From a virus (taxonomy: Duplodnaviria; Caudoviricetes), in the IMG/VR virus record IMGVR_UViG_3300014876_000008, positions 1-37,573 of that record: 37,573 nucleotides of DNA; one strand, written 5' to 3'. Both the position numbers and the translations under genes were made by a program. How positions within the stretch are numbered: the stretch's first letter is position 1; each line of letters opens with the position of its first letter. Positions 1 to 8,974 of this stretch are shown here, one piece after another. The notes under the pieces were generated by a model, which was not told the origin of the DNA, searched no databases, and saw only the letters and a program-made list of their open reading frames with translations.

Positions 1-1
1 C

Positions 2-130
2 ACGGTGACGTGGCAGCAGAACCTGGCCTTTATGGGATATCAGATAACGGCGAGCACGTTGGTGGTGAGCCAAACGGCAACCAGCAGCAACGCGATCAAC
101 TACCACTGCACGGCGCGGGCTGGCGGATGA
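2..130 (+). CDS. 3' end of a truncated gene, possibly fibre/virion protein C-terminus
   Basis: Frame 2 is open from the window edge: TVTWQQNLAFMGYQITASTLVVSQTATSSNAINYHCTARAGG*; its TGA overlaps the ATG at 127 (ATGA coupling). Not in the ORF track. Confidence 0.6.
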   Translation, partial: TVTWQQNLAFMGYQITASTLVVSQTATSSNAINYHCTARAGG

Positions 131-717
131 GCGATAACGTCAGCATCAAGTTGTGGCCGACCTACGATGTCGTCACCGGCGATATGTTGTTCGCGCCGGT
201 CTTCCCACGCGCGCCCGTGCCGGTCTACGTCAGTCTCCAGCAGATCGCCGAGTTCATGGGCGATCAGGGATATTCCAGCACGATTATTTCCGACGAGCCG
301 CCAACCTCGGCGCGGATCGGGGATGCCTGGTGGGACTCTTCGGAAGGCGGCGGACAATTATACATTCGTTATGAGGACGATAGTGGCTTGGCGCAATGGG
401 TTGCTGCGACTAACCAGCCGAGTGTTCGTTCGACGACGATTACCACTATAGCCCCGGTTTCGGGGGCGACGGTTGCACTTGACGGCGATACCTACGTGGC
501 TAGTGCGGCACTGGCGGCGCTGACGCTGCGGATGCCGTCGATGCCGGTGCCGGGTCACCGGATCGAGGTGTGCTTCGCCGCGCCCGTGGCGACTCTGGCC
601 GTGCAGGATGCGGTCGGTGCCGCAGTTGTCGGTGCGCCGATCAGCGCCTTCGGGCCGGGGGCCGCGCTGGTGTTTCGGTACGCCAACGGCGGGCCGGGTT
701 GGACCTACTGGAAATAG
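127..717 (+). CDS. putative virion/fibre-associated protein
   Basis: Start moved to ATG127 on ATGA overlap. 'ISDEPPTSARIGDAWWDSSEGGGQLYIRY...QWV' resembles a segment common in phage fibre proteins; beta-rich C-terminus. Confidence 0.55.
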   Translation: MSDNVSIKLWPTYDVVTGDMLFAPVFPRAPVPVYVSLQQIAEFMGDQGYSSTIISDEPPTSARIGDAWWDSSEGGGQLYIRYEDDSGLAQWVAATNQPSVRSTTITTIAPVSGATVALDGDTYVASAALAALTLRMPSMPVPGHRIEVCFAAPVATLAVQDAVGAAVVGAPISAFGPGAALVFRYANGGPGWTYWK

Positions 718-720
718 CAC

Positions 721-1131
721 ATGGCTCTTAATTTCCCCGACGCCCCAGTCCTTAACGAGATGTTCACTAGCGGCACGCTTGGTTGGCGCTGGGATGGCGA
801 GAAGTGGGTCGTGCCGGGGATCACTGTGGCAGGGCCACCGGGGGAATCTGGGTCTGTCATCATCGTAACGGTGACGACGGCACTGGCGACGGGCTTCGGC
901 GGCTTTGTTTGGGCCGAGCCAGCTAGCGGTCCGATCACGATCACGCTGCCACTGACGCCGACGACGGGTCAGGAAATAACGATCAAGAATACAGCCGGAA
1001 ATGCAGCGGCTAGGCCGATTACGATTGCCGGTGGCAGCCACACTATCGAGGGGGCGGCGACCCTCGTCATTTCTGTTGATTATGCTTGGGCTGCCCTCAT
1101 TTACACGGGCGCCGAGTGGGTCCAGGTTTAG
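721..1131 (+). CDS. putative fibre-associated virion protein
   Basis: N-terminal MALNFPDAP...WRWDGEKW, short GPPGES collagen-like linker, C-terminal ITITLP...GQEITIKN...W beta module of the type seen in fibre proteins. Confidence 0.55.
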   Translation: MALNFPDAPVLNEMFTSGTLGWRWDGEKWVVPGITVAGPPGESGSVIIVTVTTALATGFGGFVWAEPASGPITITLPLTPTTGQEITIKNTAGNAAARPITIAGGSHTIEGAATLVISVDYAWAALIYTGAEWVQV

Positions 1132-1141
1132 GGAGAATGTA

Positions 1142-1345
1142 ATGTTCGGTTCGCCAAGAGCGCCGGCCCCACCACCGCCCGCACCTCCACCTCCGTCCCC
1201 GCCAACATATGCCTCTGCTACGGCGGCCGGCCCCATCTCGAGAATGCCTAGTATGTACGCCGGCCTCGGTTCGTCCATCCTCACGTCCCCACTTGGCGTG
1301 ACCGATCAGGGCGCGACGCGGCGTAAGAGCCTTTTAGGACAGTGA
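1142..1345 (+). CDS. small Pro-rich virion assembly protein (T7 gp7.3-like position)
   Basis: RBS GGGAG then ATG1142; MFGSPRAPAPPPP...SILTSPLGV...KSLLGQ is the pattern typical of the small gene upstream of podovirus portals. Confidence 0.65.
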   Translation: MFGSPRAPAPPPPAPPPPSPPTYASATAAGPISRMPSMYAGLGSSILTSPLGVTDQGATRRKSLLGQ

Positions 1346-1392
1346 CTTGTGGTCGCGCCGCCACTCGTCACAGCTACGAAGGAAGGCACACC

Positions 1393-1563
1393 ATGACCGC
1401 AGGCATTTTGTTCTGGATTTTCTACGTCATCTCGATCGTGTTCGGCGGCGGATGGTACTGGCGCAACCAGGGGGCGCTGGTAGCGTTTGGGCCGTTTGGT
1501 TTGATGTTTTACATTCTGATCGGCCTGTTAGGCTGGGGCGTGTTTGGGGCTCCGATCAGATGA
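1393..1563 (+). CDS. small two-TM membrane protein
   Basis: RBS GGAAGG, ATG1393; two hydrophobic stretches (GILFWIFYVISIVFGGGW; FGLMFYILIGLLGWGVFGA). Confidence 0.7.
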   Translation: MTAGILFWIFYVISIVFGGGWYWRNQGALVAFGPFGLMFYILIGLLGWGVFGAPIR

Positions 1564-1599
1564 AAACACAAGAAAGCATCCCGGCGCGATGATGAAACA

Positions 1600-3270
1600 A
1601 TGAGTATTGAGGCCCTGCGCATAAGTCTAGATGGCAAGATCGCGGGTATGCGTAACAAGCGCTACTCGTGGTTCCTCCATTGGCGCGAACTCGCGGACTA
1701 CATCCTCCCGCGCCGCTACCGTTGGCTCGTCACCACCAATCAAACTTCGCGTGGTTCTCCCCTCAACGGCAACATAGTCGACTCAACCGGCACGCTCGCG
1801 GCCCGCGTTCTAGCCTCCGGCATGATGGCCGGGATCACATCCCCGACCCGGCCGTGGTTCAAACTCAAAATCGAAGGGTTTGAAGACGATTACGAGGTCG
1901 GGGCGTGGCTGAGTGAAGTCGAGAAGCGGATGGGGCGCGTTTTTCAAGAATCAAACTTTTACACGTCTATGGGCGTGATGTATTTCGACCTCGTTGTGTT
2001 TGGGTCCGCCTGCATCATCATTTACGAAGACTACGAAAATGTCATTCATTGTTGCAATCCGTGTCTTGGTGAGTACTTCTTTGAACTGGATTACAAGTTC
2101 GAGGTGAACACCGTGGCGCGGGAGTTCACTATGACTTACGATCAAATTTTCGAGCAGTTTGGCGAACGTAACGTTTCAGACGATGTTCGTCGGTCGCAGA
2201 ATGGACAGGCCGGTCTCGGCACGCGAGAAAAACTCATCATGCACATTATTGAGCCCAACAACAACAACCATGATGTGGTGCCTGAGTTATTCCCGTGGCG
2301 CGAAGTGTACTGGGAAGTGGGCGGGCAGCGGGATAAACTCTTATCTTCGAAAGGTTTTTACGATTGGCCCTGCATGACGCCGCGCTGGGATGTGACGGCT
2401 AACGATCCTTACGGCCGCAGCCCCGGCATGGACGCGCTCGGTGACGTAAAGCAACTGCAACAAGAGCAGCGTCGGAAAGCGCAAGCGATTGATAAGATGG
2501 TCAACCCACCACTGGTCATGGATGTGCAGTTGAAAAACCAGCCGGCCTCGGTTCTCCCCGGTGGCGTGACTTATGTGGCTGGACTCACGTCGGGCCGCGA
2601 GGCGGCAAAACCCCTGTATATGGTCGATCCCAAGATAGGCGAGCTTCGCGCCGACATCAGCGACGTGCAGCAGCGCGTTAGGATCACCTTCCAAAATGAC
2701 CTCTTCACAGGTATCACTGACCTGCAAACGGTGCGGACTGCAACTGAGATTGACGCGCGCCGCGAAGAAAAACTGGTCCTTCTCGGCCCTGTGCTTGAGA
2801 GAATTCTTGGAGAAGGCCTTGGAAAAGCAATCGACCGAGTCTGGGGAATTATGTGGCGAGGTCGATTGCTTCCAAATCCTCCTATGAGCCTTGCCGGCCA
2901 ACCCACGAATATTCAAGTAGACTACGTGTCGATGTTGGCATCGGCGCAGCGCGGCCTTGCCACTGCCGCGATTGAGAAGCTGTGGGGCTTCGCGGGCAAC
3001 CTCTCGGCGGTGAACCCGGCCGTGCTCGCCAAGCTTGATCCGTACGAGACTATCGACCAATACGGTGAGGCCCTCGGCGTGTCGCCGAAGCTCATCATCC
3101 CGACCGACGATGCGAAGAACGCGATGGCTGCGCAACAGCAAAAGCAAGAGGCGGCAGAAACCCTCGGCGCGGCCGAGACTATTGCGGGCGGTGCGAAGAC
3201 CCTCTCCGAGACCGAGGTCGGGGGCGGGATTAACGCCCTGCAGCTAGCTATGGGTAACTCGGGTGTCTGA
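1600..3270 (+). CDS. portal (head-to-tail connector) protein
   Basis: 556 aa; W.ELADYILP, DSTG..A...LASGMM.GITSP.RPWF, PRW......YGRSP, RTATEI..R.EEK...LGPVLER motifs of T7 gp8/BPP-1-type portals. Confidence 0.95.
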   Translation: MSIEALRISLDGKIAGMRNKRYSWFLHWRELADYILPRRYRWLVTTNQTSRGSPLNGNIVDSTGTLAARVLASGMMAGITSPTRPWFKLKIEGFEDDYEVGAWLSEVEKRMGRVFQESNFYTSMGVMYFDLVVFGSACIIIYEDYENVIHCCNPCLGEYFFELDYKFEVNTVAREFTMTYDQIFEQFGERNVSDDVRRSQNGQAGLGTREKLIMHIIEPNNNNHDVVPELFPWREVYWEVGGQRDKLLSSKGFYDWPCMTPRWDVTANDPYGRSPGMDALGDVKQLQQEQRRKAQAIDKMVNPPLVMDVQLKNQPASVLPGGVTYVAGLTSGREAAKPLYMVDPKIGELRADISDVQQRVRITFQNDLFTGITDLQTVRTATEIDARREEKLVLLGPVLERILGEGLGKAIDRVWGIMWRGRLLPNPPMSLAGQPTNIQVDYVSMLASAQRGLATAAIEKLWGFAGNLSAVNPAVLAKLDPYETIDQYGEALGVSPKLIIPTDDAKNAMAAQQQKQEAAETLGAAETIAGGAKTLSETEVGGGINALQLAMGNSGV

Positions 3271-3616
3271 AGATGTGCAACAAGTCCGACAGCAGCGACG
3301 AACCGCCCGTGTGCGTCGGCGTGACCAGCTTGCCATTTTGGCCAGGGTTATGGCCGAGCCCGCCGGCCGGCAATGGGTATACGACTTTCTATCGTCCTGT
3401 CATCAATTCTCCACCTCCTTCGCGACGAACGCCCTTCAGATGGCGTTTCGCGAGGGTGAGCGTAGCGTCGGCCTTATGTTTTTGGCTGACATCGTTGAGG
3501 CGGCCCCCGATCTTTACCTCCAAATGTTAAAGGAAGCAAACAGTGAGCGGCGTACCAGAGAATACACCGGTCCCGCCGGAACCGACACCGACTCCGATCC
3601 CGATCCCGACGCCTGA
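3263..3616 (+). CDS. Bbp19-like protein following the portal
   Basis: VM..PAGRQWVYDFL..C...S.SF......AFREGERSVG pattern; position between portal and scaffold. Confidence 0.75.
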   Translation: MSEDVQQVRQQRRTARVRRRDQLAILARVMAEPAGRQWVYDFLSSCHQFSTSFATNALQMAFREGERSVGLMFLADIVEAAPDLYLQMLKEANSERRTREYTGPAGTDTDSDPDPDA

Positions 3617-4211
3617 TCCGGCCCCCGCGCCCGATCCCGCGCCGCCGCCGGAACCCGTCAAGGAATCCGAGGGCAAAACCCTCGCGACCGAGCCTGTCTT
3701 CGACCCCGAGAAGCTCACGCTTCCGGAGGGGTTCGAGAAGGGAGAACATTTCGACCACTTTAAAACGTGGGCGACCGAGGCTGGGATTAACCAGCCTCAA
3801 GCCGAAAAGCTTATCAACCTTTACTCCGATGTTATCAAACAGCAGTCTGAAGCCGTCGCGGCGGCGTGGGAAAAGACGAATGCTGATTGGCAGACCGAAG
3901 TGAAGGCTGATAAGGAGTTGGGCGGCGCAAATCTACAGGTTGTCAAGCAGACCATATCCAAGATGCTGGACAATTCAGATATGACCGACCCTAAGTTTCG
4001 TGAGGCCCTTGACTTCACCGGGGCTGGCAATAACCCCGCCGTGATACGCACCCTTTATCGATGGGCGCAGAAGCTCACCGAAGGGGCGTCGGTGGCTGGG
4101 GGTGCGCCAGCGCGTGATGGCAACGGGGCGCTCGCGAATAGGCCGGAGAACCTCGCACAGGCCATTTATGGCCCGGCGGGGCCACATACTGGAGGACCCC
4201 GACTTGGATAA
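3543..4211 (+). CDS. capsid scaffolding protein
   Basis: Pro/acidic N-terminus, LPEG, GINQPQAEKL, W..EVKADKELGG, TGAGNNPAVIR; directly upstream of the major capsid gene. Confidence 0.85.
   Translation: MSGVPENTPVPPEPTPTPIPIPTPDPAPAPDPAPPPEPVKESEGKTLATEPVFDPEKLTLPEGFEKGEHFDHFKTWATEAGINQPQAEKLINLYSDVIKQQSEAVAAAWEKTNADWQTEVKADKELGGANLQVVKQTISKMLDNSDMTDPKFREALDFTGAGNNPAVIRTLYRWAQKLTEGASVAGGAPARDGNGALANRPENLAQAIYGPAGPHTGGPRLG
3582..3650 (+). repeat. degenerate hexamer (CCGAYN/CCCGAT-like) low-complexity tract, partly dual-coding
   Basis: Encodes PTPTPIPIPTPDPAPAPDPAPPP in the scaffold and DTDSDPDPDA in the overlapping upstream ORF. Confidence 0.7.
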
Positions 4212-4221
4212 GGAGAGTTAG

Positions 4222-5265
4222 ATGGCAACGCTTGGTACGACTAGCCTGACCTATGCGGATTGGGCGAAACGCGTCGAGGACGGTTATAAAATCGGCGCGA
4301 TTGTGGAAATTCTCTCGCAGACCAACGAAATCCTTTTGGATATGTTGGTAGTGCAGGGAAACTTGCCGACCGGGCACAAGACTACGATCCGGACCGGCCT
4401 GCCGACCGCGACGTGGCGCTTGCTCAACTACGGCGTCCCGAACGCGAAGTCCACTACCGCTCAAATCACCGACACGTGCGGCAATCTCGAGACCTACGCC
4501 GTCGTAGACAAGGATATCGCGGACCTCAACGGCAACAGCGCCGAGTTCCGTATGTCGGAGGTGCGTGCCTTCCTCGAGGGCATGAGCCAACAGGTCGCGA
4601 CTACGTTGATGTACGGCAACACGGCGGTTAACCCGGAGCGGTTCACCGGGTTCTCGCCCCGGTACAACACCGTTACGGCCGCAACAGCCGCGACAGCCGC
4701 TAACGTCATCGACATGGGTGGGACGGGCTCCACGAACACGTCCATCTGGATCGTGACGTGGGGCGATCAGACCACCCACGGAATCTTCCCGAAGGGTAAA
4801 ATCACCGGCCTTCAGCACCGCGATATGGGTGAGTGGCCGGTTTCGGATGCGAACGGCAATACGTACCAGGCCTATCGTGACCACTTCAAGTGGGAAACGG
4901 GGCTCACGGTGCGGGATTGGCGGTATAACGTCCGGCTCGCGAACATTGATGTGACGTTGCTGAACGGTGCTTCGGCCGCGAATATCATAAATGGGCTCGT
5001 GCGTGCGGTTAACCGCTTGCCGACGACCGGCCCCGGCGTGACCGGCGTGCAGACCTCCGACGCCCCGACGATCCAGGGCGCGATGGGCAACACGGTGATC
5101 TACTGCAACCGGGTCGTGCGCACGTATCTTGAACTTCAGGCGATGAACAAGACGAACCTCTACTTGCAGCTTCGCGAGTACAACGGGATGGTCATTCCGG
5201 CCTTCCGTGGTATTCCGATCCGCACGGTCGATGCGTTACTTAACACTGAAGCGCGGTCAGTGTGA
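4222..5265 (+). CDS. major capsid protein (BPP-1 Bbp17-like, HK97 fold)
   Basis: RBS AAGGAG; IVEILSQTNEIL.D, RTGLP..TWR.LN.GV, FLEGMSQ, F.G...RY, FRGIPIR..DALLNTEA motifs. Confidence 0.95.
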   Translation: MATLGTTSLTYADWAKRVEDGYKIGAIVEILSQTNEILLDMLVVQGNLPTGHKTTIRTGLPTATWRLLNYGVPNAKSTTAQITDTCGNLETYAVVDKDIADLNGNSAEFRMSEVRAFLEGMSQQVATTLMYGNTAVNPERFTGFSPRYNTVTAATAATAANVIDMGGTGSTNTSIWIVTWGDQTTHGIFPKGKITGLQHRDMGEWPVSDANGNTYQAYRDHFKWETGLTVRDWRYNVRLANIDVTLLNGASAANIINGLVRAVNRLPTTGPGVTGVQTSDAPTIQGAMGNTVIYCNRVVRTYLELQAMNKTNLYLQLREYNGMVIPAFRGIPIRTVDALLNTEARSV

Positions 5266-5313
5266 TGAGGCCAGGGCGAAGTTGCATCATGGCGATTTCA
5301 GAGGAGAAGTACA

Positions 5314-5814
5314 ATGATCATTGACGGCAGCCTCCAATTTACTGGGACTGCGGGTACGGTGTCCTCGGACGCCCCGACGACTGGAACGCAACAGTCCACC
5401 AACATCATCGACCTCGTGAACGCGAGGGATATGGGAATTGGTGATAGTCCGCAACTCGAGCTTCTCATTCAGATCACGGCGTCGTTCGCTAGCGGCACGT
5501 CGTTGAATGTGCAGTTGCAGGGTGCGCCAGACAACGGCTCGGGCCTGCCGGGCTCTTACACGACTATGTGGGAGTCGGGCGTGCAGGCCGAGGCGGTACT
5601 CGTCGCCGGGCGGTACTTGTCGAACGTGGACCTGCCGCGGGTTCTCCTGGCCTCGCCGAATACCGGGGCGACGGCGGCACAGGCCCTGCCACGGTTCCTC
5701 CGGCTCCAGTATGTCACTGTCGGTACACACACTCTTGGAACGATCTATGCCGCGATCGTGCTGGATCGGCAGGACTACCAGGTGTACCCGGCCGGTATTA
5801 CCATTGTGAACTAG
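5314..5814 (+). CDS. capsid cement/decoration protein (Bbp16-like)
   Basis: MIID..L.F, STNIIDL...RDMG.G, RFLRLQY.T.G motifs; follows the capsid gene. Confidence 0.85.
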   Translation: MIIDGSLQFTGTAGTVSSDAPTTGTQQSTNIIDLVNARDMGIGDSPQLELLIQITASFASGTSLNVQLQGAPDNGSGLPGSYTTMWESGVQAEAVLVAGRYLSNVDLPRVLLASPNTGATAAQALPRFLRLQYVTVGTHTLGTIYAAIVLDRQDYQVYPAGITIVN

Positions 5815-5823
5815 GAGGGTTAA

Positions 5824-6321
5824 ATGGACTCCAAGAAGGATGAACCGAAGGTTCCCTATCAGCGGGTGCCATCGGTAGGCGAGTCGTCGATTGCTGTCAA
5901 GTCGTCAGGGCGCTACATCTTGCACGCCCAGCACGTCTTTGCAGGCGACCGGCTGCTCGAGGTCGGAACGGAGGTCGGCGACGGTACTCCGTACCCGTGG
6001 CCCGGCCCACCATCTCCGCTTATGGAAGGGGTGGATGATGCCGGACGCCAAGCGGTAGAGAAACTTCATAATGATCTCTACAACAGCCCGTCGCCGTGGG
6101 ACTATACCACGAATCCGGACTACGCTATCCACGAAGAGCGTAGGAAGGAGCAAGAAAAGGAGACTGAATCCGCGCCGGTGTCGCATGCGCAGGCGGTCGA
6201 GCGCGATAAAGAGTGGAAGGGGCCTGTTCCGGTCCCGCCCACTTCTTCGCCATCTATTGGTGGGAGTCGGGTCGCGGGTGTGAGTATGCCCGCGCTAAAT
6301 GTTGACAAACCGCGCGAGTAG
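5824..6321 (+). CDS. hypothetical protein, paralog 1 of the GT.VGDGTP pair
   Basis: RBS GGAGGG; shares a core motif with 6442..6798. Confidence 0.75.
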   Translation: MDSKKDEPKVPYQRVPSVGESSIAVKSSGRYILHAQHVFAGDRLLEVGTEVGDGTPYPWPGPPSPLMEGVDDAGRQAVEKLHNDLYNSPSPWDYTTNPDYAIHEERRKEQEKETESAPVSHAQAVERDKEWKGPVPVPPTSSPSIGGSRVAGVSMPALNVDKPRE

Positions 6322-6330
6322 TGACACACT
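6302..6330 (+). promoter_or_regulatory. sigma70-like promoter
   Basis: TTGACA (6302-6307), 17-nt spacer, CACACT (6325-6330); -10 overlapped by inverted repeat ACACACT-ata-AGTGTGT (6324-6340). Confidence 0.45.
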
Positions 6331-6386
6331 ATAAGTGTGTGCTCCGCTGTGTTTTGGTAGGGTGGCACTGTGTTGAGCCACACTTA

Positions 6387-6429
6387 GGCGGGCCGGGGTT
6401 TATCCCCTGTGACCCCGGCCCGCCCTTTT
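6387..6429 (+). terminator. intrinsic terminator-like hairpin
   Basis: Perfect 13-bp stem GGCGGGCCGGGGT (6387-6399)/ACCCCGGCCCGCC (6412-6424), followed by CTTTT. Confidence 0.7.
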
Positions 6430-6441
6430 AAGGAGAATCAA

Positions 6442-6798
6442 ATGGCCACATTTAGACTTCTTCGTGCCCACTACCTCCCCGACGACAAATATCTCCTCGG
6501 CGACCTCGAGACTGAGGATCGCGGAGAACAGAAGGGCACTATCGTCGGTGACGGCACGCCGCACCGGATCGACTGGCCCACACTCGATATGGAACCGCTC
6601 GATGATGAGGCACGAGAACTGCTCGAGCGGGAACGCGAACGGCTGCAGATTGACGCTGGCACGATGAACCCGGTAGACAATCTTCCGATGACGATGACGC
6701 CAACGATGGATCAGTATGAGAAGGATTACATACCGGGGTCCAACCAGCGACGCCGGCCGATGCGGCCTCATGGCGCTCCGATGAAAGTTCAAGCATGA
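6442..6798 (+). CDS. hypothetical protein, paralog 2 of the GT.VGDGTP pair
   Basis: RBS AAGGAG then ATG6442; shares a core motif with 5824..6321. Confidence 0.75.
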   Translation: MATFRLLRAHYLPDDKYLLGDLETEDRGEQKGTIVGDGTPHRIDWPTLDMEPLDDEARELLERERERLQIDAGTMNPVDNLPMTMTPTMDQYEKDYIPGSNQRRRPMRPHGAPMKVQA

Positions 6799-8297
6799 AT
6801 ACACACATTAACATTGTGTTAAAATACACACTCGCACTGTGTATAGCCCCGTCGCTCGCGTGGGGGCAAGCGGCCGTGCAACAGGCCGGTCCCGTCACGA
6901 ACAACTCCGCAGTTATGTGGGCGCGCGATCACCAGATAAGACAGGCGGCCGGCGCGGCCGGCGACGTTGCCGGCAAGATGATTACGGGCGGGCTGTCCGT
7001 CGTTGGGGACGTTTGCTCGTTCACTAACACGACGGACCAGAGCGGCATTTCATTGTGCCTCGATGCGGACGGCGGCCGGATCGTTTATAACGGGGTGGGC
7101 TATCCGATCGGCGGCGGCGGCGGCAATGTCGTCGGTCCGAACACCTCTGTTATCAATCACGTCGCAGTGTTTAACAACACGTCCGGCACCCTCCTCGCAG
7201 ACACCACATCTCTCGCGCTTACCCAGCTTACCGTGACGCCCGCTGCCGGCGTGACTCAGGCCCTCAAATCCACCTCCAACATGACGGGGACGGTCGCGGC
7301 CGACACTTGGTACAACCAAACCCTGATCCAGTCCGACAACGTTGCCGGCGCGGGGCGTAATATGTTTGGTGGCGGCGTGTACCACGTCTGTTGCGGCTCG
7401 TCGGCACAGGGCTATCGTTTCGCTCTGAGCGGCCGGCTCGACGTTACTACGGCTTGGAGCGCGGCGGACCCCGAGGCGGCCTTCGGCGCGGTTGTCGGCA
7501 ACGCACGCGCGTCCGTGACAGCGCCAAGCGTTGGTGCACTCCTGATGGGCGTCAACGCTAACGTCGATCTCTACAACAACGCGCAGGATTGGGGGTCTGT
7601 TATTGGGGTCGGTATCGACATGACTGTCCGTGCCGGTACCGAGATTCCGCAGGTCAAGACGGGGCTTAAGATCGGGCAGGCGCCACTTGATGCGGTGCAG
7701 GGCGCGATTGATGCAGCGATCCATGTCGCCGGGGCGGGGACGGCCCCAGGCTGGTTGAACCTCATTCTTATCGACAGTCTGTTCGGCGCGCAGCCTATAA
7801 GCGTGACGAACGGCAGCATTATTGGTACGCGCGGAGCGATTACCCTCTATCAGGGTTTTGATTTCAGTGCCGTCACTTTTACAGGTAATATAATGACCGG
7901 GACCGCCGGCAACATGCACATCAGCCGCGAAGGGAACATATTTACATCAAAACAGCTTTACGGTTTTGGCGATCTCGGGGCCGCGTCGTACCCGACCTCG
8001 ACGGCCGGCGCCGGCTGGGCGCGCACTTCCAATTTTTCGGGGGTGGCTGGTGAAATCGTCGATTGGAACACGCGCGAGGCCAACATCACTGGTATTTCCT
8101 TTCAGTGGAAACAGAAGTCCGGCGCGGCGGCCGCGAGTGATCTGATGCAACTGAACGGGAGGGCAAATGTTATCGCCACGACAGTTCTGCAAATCCGCGC
8201 CAATAACACGGCAAGCGGTGAAGCTCTGCTCCCGGTCACGTTGGGCGCTGCTGATAGTGGCGGCGCTGGCTTCCGCGCCCTTCGCGTCGTCAACTAA
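6795..8297 (+). CDS. tail fibre/spike-like protein with N-terminal signal-peptide-like sequence
   Basis: 500 aa, G/A/T/N-rich and beta-like; GGGGNVVGPNTSVINHVAVFNNTSGTLLAD resembles a fibre-type repeat; hydrophobic N-terminus ending AWG|Q. Confidence 0.6.
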   Translation: MNTHINIVLKYTLALCIAPSLAWGQAAVQQAGPVTNNSAVMWARDHQIRQAAGAAGDVAGKMITGGLSVVGDVCSFTNTTDQSGISLCLDADGGRIVYNGVGYPIGGGGGNVVGPNTSVINHVAVFNNTSGTLLADTTSLALTQLTVTPAAGVTQALKSTSNMTGTVAADTWYNQTLIQSDNVAGAGRNMFGGGVYHVCCGSSAQGYRFALSGRLDVTTAWSAADPEAAFGAVVGNARASVTAPSVGALLMGVNANVDLYNNAQDWGSVIGVGIDMTVRAGTEIPQVKTGLKIGQAPLDAVQGAIDAAIHVAGAGTAPGWLNLILIDSLFGAQPISVTNGSIIGTRGAITLYQGFDFSAVTFTGNIMTGTAGNMHISREGNIFTSKQLYGFGDLGAASYPTSTAGAGWARTSNFSGVAGEIVDWNTREANITGISFQWKQKSGAAAASDLMQLNGRANVIATTVLQIRANNTASGEALLPVTLGAADSGGAGFRALRVVN

Positions 8298-8454
8298 GGC
8301 GCAAGACGCCCCGCCGCAAGTTGTCCGTGACCTCGCGGTAGTGCAGATCACCCTCGAGCACCTGTCCGCCGCGATCCAAGCCCTCGTAACGGAAAACGCC
8401 GCGCTGCGAAATAAGGTGAAAGAGTTGGAGAAAAAAGATGGCAACAAGCCTTGA
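8218..8454 (+). CDS. small protein with signal-like N-terminus and coiled-coil C-terminus
   Basis: GTG8218 start uncertain; K..R.RWALLIVAALASAPFASSTKA|Q then heptads IQALVTENAALRNKVKELEKK; fills the gap to 8438. Confidence 0.55.
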   Translation: MKLCSRSRWALLIVAALASAPFASSTKAQDAPPQVVRDLAVVQITLEHLSAAIQALVTENAALRNKVKELEKKDGNKP

Positions 8455-8974
8455 TCTTTGTAAACAGGCTTTAGCCTCTATTGGCTCCCGTTCAACTATC
8501 TCCGCCCTTAACGACGGCTCGACTGAGGCCAACTACTGCACGCTCCTCTACGCGCCGCTCCGAGACTTTCTCTTGCGCGAAGGTGATTACGACTTCGCAA
8601 TGAAGTCCGTGACGGCCGCCGCGTCGGGCGTGGCAACTGCCCCTTGGATACAGTCTTACACGTACCCTTCCGGTGCCATCCGCATCCGTCAGCTCATTCC
8701 AACCACATATAACCCTCTCGATCCACGGCCCGTCGAGTGGAACATTTTCAATGCGGCCGGCGTCCGGCACATCGTCTCAAAACAGACTGTCAGTTCGATC
8801 CTTTACACCTTCGGTGATGTAGAGGCTGTGATGGACTCCATCTTCTCTGAGAGCCTCGTTCGCCTCCTTGGCAGCGGCCTGGCCTTTGCCTTGACCAACC
8901 GTATCGAGGCTTCTGATAAAGAACTTAAAGAGGCTATGACCTTCGCGGGGATTGCGAATTTGAGGGATTCCTGA
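8438..8974 (+). CDS. tail tubular protein A/adaptor-like, paralog 1
   Basis: DLCKQALASIG, Y...RD.LL....DFA.K, W..SYTYP, FSESLVRLL. Confidence 0.75.
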   Translation: MATSLDLCKQALASIGSRSTISALNDGSTEANYCTLLYAPLRDFLLREGDYDFAMKSVTAAASGVATAPWIQSYTYPSGAIRIRQLIPTTYNPLDPRPVEWNIFNAAGVRHIVSKQTVSSILYTFGDVEAVMDSIFSESLVRLLGSGLAFALTNRIEASDKELKEAMTFAGIANLRDS

